A stretch of 64,000 nucleotides of DNA from Mobula hypostoma (Eukaryota). Every line of letters starts with the position of its first letter. Position 1 is the stretch's first letter. This document shows positions 1 through 12,785 of this stretch, piece by piece. A model generated the notes under the pieces. That model saw nothing but the letters and a program-made list of their open reading frames with translations, searched no databases and was not told the DNA's origin. The position numbers and the translations under genes were made by a program. The stretch spans positions 96,908,001-96,972,000 of the forward strand of contig NC_086097.1 in NCBI RefSeq assembly GCF_963921235.1, in the 5' to 3' direction.

Positions 1-872
1 TTTTCAAAGTTTGCAGACAGAATTAGACCACTTAGAAGAGTGGGCTGAAAGATGGTAGATGGAGTTTAATGCTGATAAATGTGAGGTGCTACATTTTGGT
101 AGGACTAATCAAAATAGGACATACATGGTAAATGGTAGGACATTGAAAAATGCAGTAGAACAGAGGGATCTAGGAATAATGGTGCATAGTTCCCTGAAAG
201 TGGAATCTCATGTGGATGGGATGGTGAAGAAAGCTTTTGGTATGCTGGCCTTTATAAATCAAAGCATTGAGTATAGGAGATGGGATGTAATGTTGAAATT
301 CTATAAGGCATTGGTAAGGCCAAATTTGGAGTATTGTATACAGTTCTGGTCACTGAATTATAGGAAAGATGTCAATAAAATTGAGAGAATACAGAGGAGA
401 TTTACTAGAATGTGGCCTGCATTTCATCTCCTAAGTTACAGAGAAAGGTTGAACAAGTTAGGTCTTTATTCTTTGGAGCGTAGAAAGTTGAGAGGGGACT
501 TGATAGAGGTATTTAAAATTATGAGGGGGATAGATAGAGTTGACATGGATAGGCTTTTTCCACTGAGAATGGGGGAGATTCAAACAAGAGGACACGAGTT
601 GAGAGTTAAAGGGCAAAAGTTTAGGGGTAACAGGAGGGGGAACTTCTTTACTCAGAGAGTGGTAGCTGTGTGGAGCGAGCTTCCAGCAGAAGTGGTTGAG
701 GCAGGTTCGATATTGTCATTTAAAGTTAAATTGGATGGATATATGGACAGGAAAGGAATGGAGGGTTATGGGCTGAGTGCAGGTCAGTGAGACTAGGTGA
801 GAGTAAGAGTTCAGCATGGACTAGAAGGGCCGAGATGGCCTGTTTCCGTGCTGTAATTGTTATATGGTTATA
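1..872 (+). mobile_element. CR1-type LINE, 3' part of ORF2 and 3' UTR
   Basis: ORF 59-790 has CR1 ORF2 C-terminal motifs (FNADKCEVLHFG, YKALVRPNLEYC, RGDLIEVFK, FFTQRVV), followed by a short tandem tail (gttatatg)x2. Confidence 0.92.
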
Positions 873-1412
873 TGATCCAAATGCTTACGATTGGGTTCAG
901 CTGATGATGTCAAACTCCACCACAGTAACACCTCTCTCACCAGCTCCAAATTGCCCATGTGCTGCATTGGAAAAGCAGAATCTTCTTCAACTGAATACAT
1001 GTATTGTGAAGTCCATCACCAACGTTTTGGTCTCCTGCACAAATTCCATTTTCTGGTTAATAACTTTATTCATTTCCCTTGACTGTTTGTAAATCTGGTT
1101 CCTCCTTAAGCAAAATGTAACCAAGGTGCTTCCTTTTACCCCAGTAGCCTTGTCAGACTCTTCCCCTCCTACAGCTGGTTCTTGTTGAAACACTGATCCT
1201 TCCATTTGTCCAGACCTGCTTATTGCATTGCTCCACGAGATGGTTCACAAGCGTTTATCTGAACTCATGTTGCCTAATTACTAACAGTCAGGACGAGGCT
1301 GAAAGGTGGCTGTGTTTAATCCTTTTATCTGTGTCATTTTACAGTTGTATAATTCATTTTCTACTATTTCTCTGGCTCATATGTCTATTGCGTAGATATA
1401 TTTCTTTTCTTA

Positions 1413-2321
1413 TGTCACGTATCCCATGATGGGAATAAAGAACCAGCAGAAATAGAAACCACTTTGGAGTCTAGTATTGCTATAAACTAATAGTATTTAT
1501 TAATAACTATGCAATACAGTAAACTAAGTGAAGATAAATCAAACAGGTTAGCAAGAATTATATATATAAGTAAGTAAATCAGTAAGTGTGGAAAAATATG
1601 TATGAAAACCCAAGCTTCTTTAAGTCTAGGGGTAAAAAGATACAGTCTCACAATGTTGGGTAAAGTTCAGTTTAGTTCAGTTCGTGGTATTTAGTTGAAT
1701 AGTGATGGAGAGAGAGAGAGAGAGTGAGTTGAATCTTCAGGTGAGCTGTTGCCGTCGATTTTCTCGTCGTCCTCCGAAATCCTTTACAAGTCACCAACTG
1801 TGACTTTAACCAGGGGGACCGGTTTTCCTGTGGTGGAGCTATCACCCCGGCAAGGGTGGAACTCCCCACCAGTCAACCGCTTCTCCTCCTTCCACTGCAG
1901 GAGTGATTGGATCGATCCGCCTGATCGATCCTCCAAAACCCACTTTCTCTGTGGGCACAACGATGCTCATTCAGTGTCCAGATCATGTGTCTGAGGTCTG
2001 TATCATCTGACCTTCTATTTATCTCACCGTGCTGAGCATCACCTGTCATTCAAAGAGTCCCTCCTTCCGTTGTCTGTAAAGAAATGTAAGCAAGCAACAA
2101 GTCCTTGAAAGTAACATCAATAATGTGCTGTCAGTCACCATAGCAAACTTTGAGCTGCTTAGTATTATCTCCAAAGTAAAACTCTAAAGTTACCTCCTGT
2201 GACAGTCCAACCGTCAATCTTCGTCTCTCTCTCTCTCTTTTCAAACCAAACCATCGATGATAAATAACTCTCTCTTTCTCTCTTCAAACAGTTAATAGGG
2301 GCACTCCTGGATCCCCTCACG
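1413..2321 (-). mobile_element. Solo LTR, Gmr1/Gypsy family
   Basis: Begins TGTCACGTATCCC and shares blocks (accagcagaaat, ttggagtct, tctaggggtaaa, agttcagttc) with the LTRs at 10139 and 14121. Ends TCACG. Flanked by ctta/ttta, a degenerate 4-bp TSD. Confidence 0.75.
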
Positions 2322-2903
2322 TTTAGAAGTGGAGCAAAAATACTGTACCTTATAATCTCAGCGAGCTGTCACCAAGCCCTTCAGGTATTGCTACGTCAAC
2401 AGCCTGAAGTACAGATGCTTGTGTCACTTTTAGAACATGAATTGTGTTGAGACATCTAGTACTTAATATGCCATGGATGAATTTTTACCAAAATTCCTGT
2501 CTTTAGGGGCATAACTAGAAACTGAGGATGTGAATGGAGGAATTGGACACCTTTGATGAAAAGACGAAAGCGGTGGGAATTGAGCCCTGGTCACTGGTAT
2601 TGTAAAGCATTCTGCTAACCACTACGCTACCATTATTTTGGAGCCAAGCAGGATGGATTTTCTGTTTCCTGTGAGGCTGCAGGCATTATCTGCATTGTGA
2701 CAACCCAATTCATGGTCACGTTTCTGATGTGCAAATTATCTGGGTGACATATAGCTCACAGGAACAGAATCCTGGCATAAACTGGGGCCGTGGTAGAGTG
2801 AAGTGGATGGAAAAGAGAATGGAGCTGGGGATATGGATTCACACAGAGTGGGAGTGAGTGAGGTGCCAAATGAAGATGGGGGACACGGTGGCTCTGATGC
2901 ACT

Positions 2904-3805
2904 TCATTTAAACCATACAGCAAGTGCTGAGAATGGGCACATGAGCATGTTCTTCAGCTGCTCCCTGAACTTCGTCTGGGTCACCACATAAATACAGGTG
3001 TTGGTGCAGGAGTTCAGAAGCTGCAGCATGTAACCAGTTTGTTCAGTGATGTAGTTTGGGTCATGGACACCCGTGTAATCATAAACGCTAGCAGTCCGCC
3101 AGTAGAGAAAGAATCCAATGTTTGTCATCCATAGGAGTATAAAGCTGCCCGTTATGGTGAAGAGTAGAACAATGGATTTCCTCTGTTTCTCCATCTCTGG
3201 GTCAATGTGATCTTCATTGCCGCTGCATTGCTGTAGCCTCCTCCGAACTCTGCCCGTCACTATAATGTGTCTGACTGTCAGAGCGTTGAATAGTAGAATC
3301 AGGATGAATGGAACAAAAGGGGTTAAAATGATACAGAGACAGTCAAAAGCCAACCAGGCGGTTTCAGTGTAAAAGCTGGATGATACGACCCCACCCCAAG
3401 CTACATTGTCAACAATATACTCTGGTTCGTATATGAAATACCAAGGGATGCTCTTCAGGCTGAATATCACGCTCACTGTTGTTAAAACCACTGTTGCCAT
3501 TTTCACAGTGCAATATCTTGTTCTCAGCTTCTGACAACAGATTGCAACAAATCGATCAAAGGTGAAGGTGACGGTGAACCAGACAGAGATATCAGTGGCT
3601 GCAGAGAGCAGGACGAGGGTGAGAGACATTGCAGGAGTGGTGTCCATGTAAGTTCCCGGAAAATGAAAGGGAATAACCGTGTACAGTAACACATCGGTGA
3701 AAACAATCATCAGATCCGCTGTCGCCATGGCCACCAGGTAGAAGGTGATGCACCGGGAGAGTCCGCACTTTCCTTGGGACAGGATGAGAATGGCCATCAA
3801 GTTAA
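2904..3805 (-). CDS. Exon 2 (TM1 second half to stop) of a GPR139/GPR142-like class A GPCR
   Basis: Open frame VNLMAILILSQGKCGLSRCITFYLVAMATADL...TFDRFVAICCQKL...SIPWYF...NSCTNTCIY, with hydrophobic TM segments. Acceptor tctctttgtttcag|TTAAC at 3806/3805 (phase 1), the same intron position as GPR139. The first ~24 aa of the ORF-track call (3806-3878) are probably intronic. Confidence 0.9.
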
Positions 3806-4059
3806 CTGAAACAAAGAGAAATGAGACAAGTAAGATACTGACAGACATCCCAACCATGAAGGCTATTCCGAAGAGCAAGGAAGAAAAACATGGTCAGGTC
3901 ATTGTCCACTTAGAAATACCTCTGTCATCCAAGTGGGAAATCCCTCAGGGATGTCCCATTCACAGTTTAATCTGGCTCTTTTTGCCAAGTTAGACCACTC
4001 AAGGTCATAGTGTGCTATTACTCACCAATAAAGTTTTGTTTACAAACAGTTTTTACCAT

Positions 4060-4432
4060 CATTGGCACTAGGCTCCATATTATCCAGGACATCTTCAAGG
4101 AGTGATGTCTTAAAAAGGCAGCATCCATTATTAAAGACCCCAAGCTCCCAGGATATGCCCTCCTCTCATTGCTGCTATTAGCAAGGAGGGACAGGAGCTT
4201 GAAGACACACTCTCAATGATTCAGGAACAGTTTCTTCCCCTCTGCCATCCGATTTCTGAATCGAAACTGAACCCGTGAACACTTCCTCAAAGCATTCTCT
4301 ATTTTTTTGCACTACTTATTGTATTGAACTATTTCACATATATATATTATTGCATTGTACTGCTGCCACAAAGTGAACACATTTCGCGACATGTGCTGGT
4401 GTTATTAAACCTGTTTCTGATTCTGATTCTGA
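4060..4432 (+). mobile_element. Rex/Babar-like LINE 3' fragment
   Basis: aaggcagcatccattattaaagaccc...caggaacagtttcttcccctctgccatc, ending in an (attctg)n tail. Related fragments recur in the window. Confidence 0.65.
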
Positions 4433-4799
4433 CTTTTTTTCGATTTCTCCTGGATCACTCATTCCCGACCTTGTTCCAAACATATTCTGCATTCCAAAGG
4501 AAGTATGGATGACGGGCCTGATCTTACTGAGTGTAATATTCAGGTTCTGCGGTAGACCTGAGGTCAATGGGCATCAATGGGAAGGACTCTACTCTGCAGA
4601 GTCACATTACCTCACACTCTGGAAGTTTATGTTTCTTCTCATTTTCTGACAACTTCCAGCTTGCTCACACTTGTACTTGGTGCATCCCTAACCATTCCTT
4701 TTCTCCATCTCAGGGGAAAGACCAATACTCATTACAGTCCAGTAGACTCCTAGAGCTACCTTAACGATATCTCACTCAGCCTGCTTCTTGTAAAGGCTC

Positions 4800-6535
4800 C
4801 ATTCCATCCTCCCAGTTACTCCGTTGTCTCTTTTGTATCTGTTCTGGTGATGATACCTTCCACACGAGTGTTTTTACGATATTTTCATCCATCCTTCACG
4901 ATTGTGTGCCCTCTCCCAAGACGACAGGCTTCTCTCCTCACCCACTACATACACTGCACCCCTGCCTTCTCTGCCACCCAGTCTAAGTGTAGCCATACCC
5001 TGTATTTCCCTTCCTCCACTACCACATTCAATAGGTCATTTTCCATAAATTCTACCACCTTTCCTCTCCCCTCACCTTCATTTAGGGCCCCAAACAGTCC
5101 TTCCAGGTGAAGCAACACCTCACTTGCAAGTCTGTTGGGTTTGTCTACTGTATCTGGTGCTCCCGATGCGGCCTCCTGTACATTGCTGAGACCTGACGTA
5201 AACTGGGGGATTACTTTGTTGAACACCTTCATTCCATTCATAACAAGCAAGATTTCCCAGTGGCTAACAACATTAATTCCAATTCCAGTTCCCATTCCAA
5301 CATGTCAGTGCTTGGCCTCCTCTATTGCCACGATAAGGCCCCTCTCAGCTTGGAGGAACATCAGGCATGTTGCAACTTCAGGGGTCAACATCAATTTCAA
5401 CTGACAAACGAGAAAATCTGCAGATGCCGGAAGTCCAAGCAACAGTCTTTCCCTTCCTCCACCATCAATGCTGCTCTCGACTGCATCGCCACCATTTTGC
5501 ATATGTCTGCCCTCACCCCATCCTCCCACCAACCCACCAAGGATAGGTTTCCTCTTGTCCTCACCTAGCACTCCACCAGCCTCTGTGTCCAGAACATAAT
5601 TCTACGTAACTTCTGCCAACTCCAGTGGGACCTTATCACCAAGCTCCATTCCTCACCTCCCCCCACCCCACTTTCTGCTTTCTGTAAGGCTTCCTCCCTA
5701 TGTGAGATCCTTGTCCATTCATCCCTCCACTCTCTCCTGGCACTTATTCTTACAACCGGAAAAAGTGCTGCATCTGCCCCTACACCTCCTCCCTCACTAC
5801 CATTCAGGGCCCCAATCAGACCTTCCAGGTGAGGCGACACTTTACCAGTGAGTCTGTTGGGTAATCTACTCTATCTGGTGCTCCCAATGTGGCCTCTTGT
5901 GTATCGGTGAGATCTGACGCAGATTGGGAGAGCACCTCACTGAGCACATACACTCTGTCTGCCAGAAAAGGTGGGATCTCCCAGTGACCACTCATTTTTA
6001 TTCCACTTCCCATCTTCATTCAAACATGTCAGTCCATTGTCTCCTCTACTATCGTGACAATGCCACACTCCGGTTGGAGGAACAACACCTCATATTCCGT
6101 CTTGGTAGCCTCCAACCCGATGGCATGAAAACTGATCTCTCGAACTTCCAATTATGGTGCAACACACACGCCCCACCCTTCACCATTCCCCACTCCTATT
6201 TCATTCTGACACCTTATCTCCTTAAACGCCCATCACCTCCCTCTGCTGCCCCCCTTTCTTTCTTCCATTGCCTCTCCTATTCAATGCCCCTTCTCCAGCC
6301 CTGTATCTCTTTCACCAATCAACTTCCCAGCTCTTCACTTCACCCCTCCCCCCTCCCAGTTTCACCTTGTGGTTTTTCTCCCCTCCTCCCACCATCTTAG
6401 TCTGAATTCTCACCTTTTATCTTCAGACCTGATGAAGGGTCTCAGCCTGAAAAGTCGACTGATAACTCTTTTACACAGATACTGCCTGGCCTGCTGAGTT
6501 CCTTCAGCATTTTGTGTCTGTTGCTTCAATTTCAA
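4800..6535 (+). mobile_element. Tandem decayed Penelope-like element fragments (GIY-YIG endonuclease region)
   Basis: Two copies (~5090-5400 and ~5800-6150) of the region homologous to 17673-18037 (EHIHSVCQKRWDLPVTTHF...LEEQHLIFRLGSLQPDGM). Followed by a pyrimidine-rich stretch and a hammerhead-like motif at ~6425-6460. Confidence 0.8.
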
Positions 6536-7154
6536 CAGATCTGCCTTCCCAGTCTCCTGTTTTCTCACCCAATCTCCCATTCCAAGCATTTTCATCAATT
6601 GGACATTTCATCTCTATTTCACCTCCTTCCACTGGCATCTTCCACAGGCAAACCCACTGTTTTTTACCAGTGTTTCCCACAGATTTCAGTAATACTCCCA
6701 ACCCTTGTGTCACCACTCAATCCTGAAATTCAGACAAGCATACACCTCTCTTGTAATAAAAGCAAAGGTTATTGGAAACACTGAGCTGATCAGGTAACTT
6801 CTGTACAAACAGACACACAGTTAACATTTCAGTTCCATGACCCTGTCGTTCTCTATCCCACTCTGGACTTTCTGCCTTTGATTCCTGACGCTATTTCAAC
6901 ATGAGAACACAGAGCTCTTCTTTGCCCTTTCTCTGCCTTTCTCTCCTTCCTGAACAATTTAAAACACATTTGTTTCTAATTTATCCCCTTTTTTGGTGGA
7001 TGATCATCACCATGTATTACTATTCCTGCTTCACGATCGCTGCCTGACCTGCCGAATATTTCCAGCATTTTCTGGTTTAGCTTCATGGAGATAACTGGGT
7101 GGATTGTGGGGTTGGATCTGGGGGGTTATGATGGTGAAGAATGATTAGATTCTG

Positions 7155-7422
7155 GGTGACAGGGTAGCATGGTGGTTAACACAATGTTTTACAGATCCAG
7201 TAACCAGGGTTCAATTCCCGCTGCTGCCGATAATCTGCAATCTCCCCGTGACTGTGTGAGTTTCCTCCGGGTTCTCCCCTTTCCTCCCACTGTTCAAAGA
7301 CGTACTGACTGGTAGGTTAACTGGTCATTGTAAATTGTCCCTACATTAGGCTAGAATTAAACTGAGGGATTACTGGGTGGTGTGTCTCAAAGACCGGATG
7401 AGATTTTATCTGAACAAATAAA
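7155..7422 (+). mobile_element. tRNA-derived SINE
   Basis: A-box/B-box-like head (tagcatggtggttaac...gggttcaattcc), central ctccccgtgactgtgtgagtttcctccggg domain and an aaataaa tail. Homologous to 19588-19765/22180-22310 and 36850-37080. Confidence 0.75.
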
Positions 7423-7762
7423 TGTACGGACATATATAACCGGTGAAAAACATCGCAGGGAGCCAATGAGTTGGTGATCATAGGAGTGGAGTGGTTGGAG
7501 GTTGAACACTGGCAGCAGATTTATGAATAGCCTTTTTTATGGAAGGTAGGAGAAGGGTTGAAACAGGGTGGGCAATTCTAAAGGGGGCAAGCAGAGGGAA
7601 TAATAGCAGAGGGGATTTTTCAGGGGTAGAGTGAAAACATGCCACTGCTGAGAGAACACAACAATGAGTTACATGCCCCTGTACAGGATGACAGCTCAAG
7701 AGCTGAAGATTTATTTTCCAAACATACAACAAAATGTATTTGGCTACAATAGGTTGGCTTAC

Positions 7763-7834
7763 CAGGAATTCCCACAGCCGCGAGAACAGGTAGTAAATGT
7801 CTTCTAGCTGATGGAGTATTGTTGCCTCACGCAT
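7763..7834 (-). CDS. Exon 1 of the GPR139-like GPCR at 2904-3805, carrying a 1-nt frameshift
   Basis: ATG CGT GAG...GAC ATT TAC TAC [C]CT GTT CTC GCG GCT GTG GGA ATT CCT G|gtaag would give MREATILHQLEDIYY(P)VLAAVGIP, resembling GPR139 'YYSLLLCLGLP'. The length is 72 nt where 73 is needed for the phase-1 junction. Confidence 0.8.
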
Positions 7835-8539
7835 TTTCTGTAGAAGGTAATTCCACCGGTGACAGAGGGAAGGCTCTGTCTGATTACAGGACACAACCAG
7901 AGGAGCTGTGCATTTATTTTGGAATAAAGTTCTCTTGGGATCATTTGGTTACATAGTTATTAATATTAGTTGTGCTTCATAGAGCAAAGCTGCACAGAAA
8001 ATAAAAATAGAATTCCTGAAAGAATCAGTTGTAATTAGTTAGAGATTATGCAATCTCAAGACAAGATATTCATGGAAAATACTTTTCAATATCAATGATA
8101 CACCAAAGAAGCCAATTTATGTTTTTCTTGAATATATTGCTGTTATTCCCTTTCAATGTAATATTTGAAGTCAGCTGTATGTAGGTGCTTTTTGACAATG
8201 CTACCCAATACAAGAGTTAACACAACTACTTCCTGTGATAAAACATGAAAAGCTTCAAATACTGAGCAAGTCAGAGAGAAAAATAGAAACTTAATGCTTC
8301 CCATTCTGTGCATCACATATTCTGAGAAGATGTTGGATTGTGTATAATTCAGCACTAGGCAAGGATCAATGAAAATAAGTTAGGTTGAAGTGGAGTGGAT
8401 TTTTGGAGTGGCTATTGTGTGAGTGGGACAGTGTTAGAGAGGGGAATTCTGGCTTTAGCTCATAGAAGCTTTGGGAAGCAGAGGCAAAGTCTCTAGGTAG
8501 ATCTTTTTCTGTTGATTTTTTTCTTTCTTTTGTATTGCA

Positions 8540-9550
8540 GTTAGAGCACTGGGGATGCCGGACAGGATAACTGAATGCTCATCTTGTGGGATGTGAGATT
8601 GTTCCTGATGACTGCACCTGCAAGAAGTGCATCCTGTTGCAACTTCTTTCAGACTGTTAAGGAATTGGAACTGGAACTGGATGAACTCTGGATCATTTGT
8701 TAGTCTCAGTGGTTAATCAACAGCAGATACAAGGAGCAGGACACAGGTGAATGGGTGACTATCAGGAGGGGGAAATGGGATAGGCTGCCAGTGGAGAGTA
8801 CCCCTGTAACTGTATTTTCCCAACATTAGGTACACTGCTTTGGATATTGTTGGGGGCACTTGTGGATTGGGACAGGTTGTTGTCAAGCAAAGGTGCGTTT
8901 GGAAAGTAGGAAACCTTCAAAAGTGAAATTTTGAGTGTACAGACTATGTTCCTGTCAGAATAAAAGAGTGGGATAACAGGGTTAGGGAACCTTGGTTTTT
9001 GAGAATTATTGAGGCATTTGTTGAGAAAAAGAAGGAGGTCCATAGTAGGTATAGGCAGGATGAAGCAAATAAGGTACTTGAGGAGTATAGGAAATGCAAG
9101 AGGACACTTAAGGAAATCAAGAGGACTGAAAGAAGGCATGAGTTTGCTTGAGCAGATAAATGGAAGAAGAATCTCAAGGGCTTCTACAGATATATTAACA
9201 GCAAAAGGATAACGAGGAACAAACTTGGTCCTCTGCAACATTAGAGTGGGCATCAATGAATGGAGATGAAATAAATGGGGGAGATCTGAAATGGATTTTT
9301 TTTGCATCCAATTTGTTTCCAGAGATGGACACAGTCTATAGAAGTGAAGCCAAGCAGCAATGAGGTCATGGACCCTATACGCATTACAGAGGTTGGGGTG
9401 TTTGCTGTCTATAGAAAAGTTAAGGTGGATAAATCTCCAGGGCCTGACAAAGTGTCCTCTCTGTCCTGTGGAAGTTAGTGCAGAGGTTTCAGGGGCCCTA
9501 GCAGAGATAATTAAAATATCCTTAGTCATGGTGAAGTGCTGGAGGATTGG
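8540..9550 (+). mobile_element. Highly decayed CR1 LINE fragments (ORF1 zinc-finger region and ORF2 pieces)
   Basis: tgctcatcttgtgggatgtg...tgcacctgcaagaagtgc (CxxC pairs) and aaggtggataaatctccagggcctgac (KVDKSPGPD). Confidence 0.7.
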
Positions 9551-10138
9551 ACTTAGCAGGGACCTCAAAGCTTTCAGTTTTGAACTCTGAACTCCAACGT
9601 CCCAGAACTGTAATAGTGTCACACTAACTGCTATGCGTCTGTTGCACCCGTGTGATTGCACACATCTCAGTCACTAGGGGAGCACACTGAGGCTGAATGT
9701 CAAATGAGAAGATGTTCTTCAATGCCACTATCATATCTACTACTATCACTGGCAGCCTGTTCTGAGCATCCACCACTCTCCGCGTTAAAAAATCTTACCC
9801 CACACATTTCCCTTAAACATTTTCCTTCACACTTTTCGTGCATGTCCTTTAATATTTGACATTTCTACATTGAGTAAATGACTATGGCCTTCATAATTTT
9901 ACCAGAGCTTACAAGACTTGGATCAACCTGTAACATAGAGAGACCAACCATGTTTATCTCCTTTCAGCTCATACCCTCTAATCCAGGCAGCATCGTGGTA
10001 AACCTGTTCCAGAGCTCCCACATCCCTCCTGAGATGGGCGCACAATACTCCAAGTGTGACCTACCCAGTGTTCTTTGTAGCTGCAACATGACTCCCTTAC
10101 CCCTATACTCAATGCCCTGACCAATGAAGGCAAGCATG

Positions 10139-10994
10139 TGTTACGTACCCCGTAACTGGGTTGCCAAACCAGCAGAAATGGATCACTCAGTTGGAGTCTG
10201 GAGTACTAGAACTAAGAAAGTTTTATTAAAGAAACAAGCAACACAGTAATCGAAAGGATAATAAATGCAACAGTTCAGCGATGATAAACACACATGTGCA
10301 CAGAATTAAGATAACAGCATCAATCAAGCTCTATCGTTGTCTAGGGGTAAATGACCAAATTTCAAAATGACTCAAAGTTCAGTCCAGTTCAGTTCGCAGT
10401 AATCGTTGTCATGGCGATGGACAACGTTGGGGAAGAGAGAGATAGAACAGGAACAACTGATCATTCAGAACACTGCTTCACTCACAGACCGGCGAGATTG
10501 CTCACAAGCAACTTTTTTGGGCGGGTCCTTGGTGATGTCACCTGAGGTCACCGACTGTGACCCCTCCTCCAGATGCGGTCGATCCTCTGCAGCGAACCCG
10601 GCACCCAGGCAAGGGCGGACACACACCGGGTTCCCGCTGATCGTACCTTTCCACCCCGGGCGTTGTCTGGTACTTCTCACCCACTCGTGGGAGGCGCACC
10701 GCTTCCAGGGTCTCGTTACCTCGGGTGGCGTGTGTCCTGCCTTAGAGAACCTGTCCCTTTTTATCCCCCTGCTGGGGTATCGCCTGTCCATCACTTCAAA
10801 CAGTTCAAGGTTCAAAGAGGGGAGCCGCTCCAGACAGCTCTTCCTCCCACATCCCTTCATTACACATCTCCAGACGCTGCTCCATTGTTCCTTATCTCTC
10901 CTTCCCCTGAGGGCAGGTGGCAGACCAACTGCTGATGCCACTGATGCTAGCCCAGGCCAGCAAACATCTTAATTTTATGTGCATTCTCGTAACA
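10139..10994 (-). repeat. 3' LTR of Gmr1-like element
   Basis: Direct repeat of 14121-14978 with TG...CA ends and an adjacent PPT. Confidence 0.95.
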
Positions 10995-11166
10995 CTTCCC
11001 CCCTTTAAGGATTTTTACCGGGAGGTAAAAATTACAAACATGACTACATTATTTGATACATACACAATATACATCTTTATCAGCTATTTGGCTAACACAG
11101 CGAGTTTGAAGCTGTCAACACCTTGACAGACAGTCATCACATTTTCTGTTCCTTTTACACGTGTTA

Positions 11167-12714
11167 TTAATAATCCCTTAGACCAGGCTCCAACTCAGCA
11201 AACTTCATAGTGGCCAAAAACACTGATGAATTGCGACCAATGTAACCTCTCATTTGGTTTTGTCCCGGACCACAACAACAACGGTCGTCCCATTCCGACT
11301 CAATTTTCTCTCGCAAGGGCTTAGTAGGAGGGGGACGGGTATTGACCGCAGAGTTATTGCAAAACTTCCTGCAGTACCCCACCATCTCCAAGAGCCTTCT
11401 GAGGGCCCTCTTGTCTGTCGGGGTTGGGAGGTCAGCGATAGCCTGCACTGTAGCTTGCATCACTGCCAGCTGCCCCTGTGTCACCACAATTCCCAGGTAA
11501 GTGACCCTCGTGTGGCCGAATTCATTTTTTTCAAGGTTCACTATCAAACTGGCTTCAGACAGCCGTATTAAATTGCCAATACACACCTCTGTGTTCATCA
11601 GCCCTTTAGTCACTGAATTACTCAAAAAATATGGGTGTTGTTTACTTGGCCGCCCTATTGTAACCACAATCACCCAACGTCCCAGTTCTTTGCATTTCCT
11701 CGGGACAATCAAACACATGTGTGCGAGTCGTTTAATTACTCCTTCGGGGATTAAGGGAGAGACCTTATCAGTAGACCTGGCCAAAACAATAGCCTTCTCC
11801 CATCTGACCGATCCCATCCTAATCTTTTCAAAATGGTTTTTTCCTCTTATCAGGGGGCCCCTAGCTTCATTGATTTCCACGCTAACACCGACTAGGTTTG
11901 TTAGCATATCAAAAGCCGGTGACCGTCTCAGTTCGCGTCGGTCATGATCAATAACATTTTTCCCCCTGGGCAGCCGGTAAATCTCTTTCATGATTCCACC
12001 AACTGTTTCCTCCAGCACCGCAAAATGTCCACCGGGGGGTACCTCGTGGGCCATGTTAAAAACCTCATCCCCATAGCTCTTTTGCACCACCCCCCACTCC
12101 TCATCTGCGGATGCTGTACTTGATTTCCCTTTCTTCCTTAGCACTTCCTCATCCGCACAATAGCTTGTCAAGGCTGTGTCAGAGAGAGCGGTCTCGGAAA
12201 AAACCATCAGCCCCTCGTCTCGCTCCTGCGTCTGCACAAATTCTTTCCTGGCTACTGCTACGTCCGTCCCAGCTCCCGCACTACCTCTTATCTCACTACA
12301 CCCTGTCTCATACAAGGTTGGCAGAAGTGTTTCAGCCAAATTCACCATCGCGGGCCGGTGATGAACCTGTGAGTCCATGGGCGGGGCCTCAATGCTGGCA
12401 GGCTGACCTGTCAATCTCACGACTGGGAACACGATTCCCCCGGCGAGGTCATTACCGAGCAAGACTTCCACGTCTTTCATCGGTAATTCGGACCTCACCC
12501 CGATCGTGACTAGTCCAGAGACCAGGTTGCTCTGTAAGTGTATCTGGTGCAAAGGGACTGACTCTGTCCCTTCCCCAACACCTTTGACCTCTACCTCCCC
12601 AGTCTGGGTCTCTGAGCTAAACTCTAATACACTCTTCAGTATTAGTGACTGACACGCTCCCGTGTCTCTCCAGATCCGCACTGGAACTGGTTTTAACCCC
12701 TCCTTCACTGACAC
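11167..12714 (-). CDS. Truncated pol: aspartic protease plus fragments of integrase and RT
   Basis: RDTGACQSLI protease motif, then AHEVPPGGHF (integrase HH), then NLEKNEFGHTRVTYLG...LPTPTDKRALRRLLEMVGYCRKF (RT thumb). No YxDD or DDE core. The same frame extends upstream to the zinc knuckle CYNCGKVGHFASRC (~12855-12897). Confidence 0.85.
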   Translation of the reverse strand: MSVKEGLKPVPVRIWRDTGACQSLILKSVLEFSSETQTGEVEVKGVGEGTESVPLHQIHLQSNLVSGLVTIGVRSELPMKDVEVLLGNDLAGGIVFPVVRLTGQPASIEAPPMDSQVHHRPAMVNLAETLLPTLYETGCSEIRGSAGAGTDVAVARKEFVQTQERDEGLMVFSETALSDTALTSYCADEEVLRKKGKSSTASADEEWGVVQKSYGDEVFNMAHEVPPGGHFAVLEETVGGIMKEIYRLPRGKNVIDHDRRELRRSPAFDMLTNLVGVSVEINEARGPLIRGKNHFEKIRMGSVRWEKAIVLARSTDKVSPLIPEGVIKRLAHMCLIVPRKCKELGRWVIVVTIGRPSKQHPYFLSNSVTKGLMNTEVCIGNLIRLSEASLIVNLEKNEFGHTRVTYLGIVVTQGQLAVMQATVQAIADLPTPTDKRALRRLLEMVGYCRKFCNNSAVNTRPPPTKPLREKIESEWDDRCCCGPGQNQMRGYIGRNSSVFLATMKFAELEPGLRDY

Positions 12715-12785
12715 CAGTCCGGCCGAGATAAACCTCTCGCGCCCTTCCTGGACTTTTTCAGACCTGTCCTTCCCTAGCGGTTCGC

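Noticed and set aside
3806..3878. Hydrophobic N-terminal extension making the GPCR look single-exon
   Set aside because: It starts at a non-ATG codon, spans a polypyrimidine tract and AG acceptor, and is not conserved in the paralog. A real exon 1 exists at 7763-7834.
7478..7894. 138-aa minus-strand ORF
   Set aside because: Only the MREATILHQLEDIYY part is meaningful (exon 1). The rest is out-of-frame read-through into the intron.
8762..9661. 299-aa minus-strand ORF
   Set aside because: Antisense to a decayed CR1 and has no recognisable domain.
10351..10972. Overlapping ORFs repeated at 14333-14956
   Set aside because: They lie inside the two LTRs, so the repetition reflects LTR identity rather than coding function.
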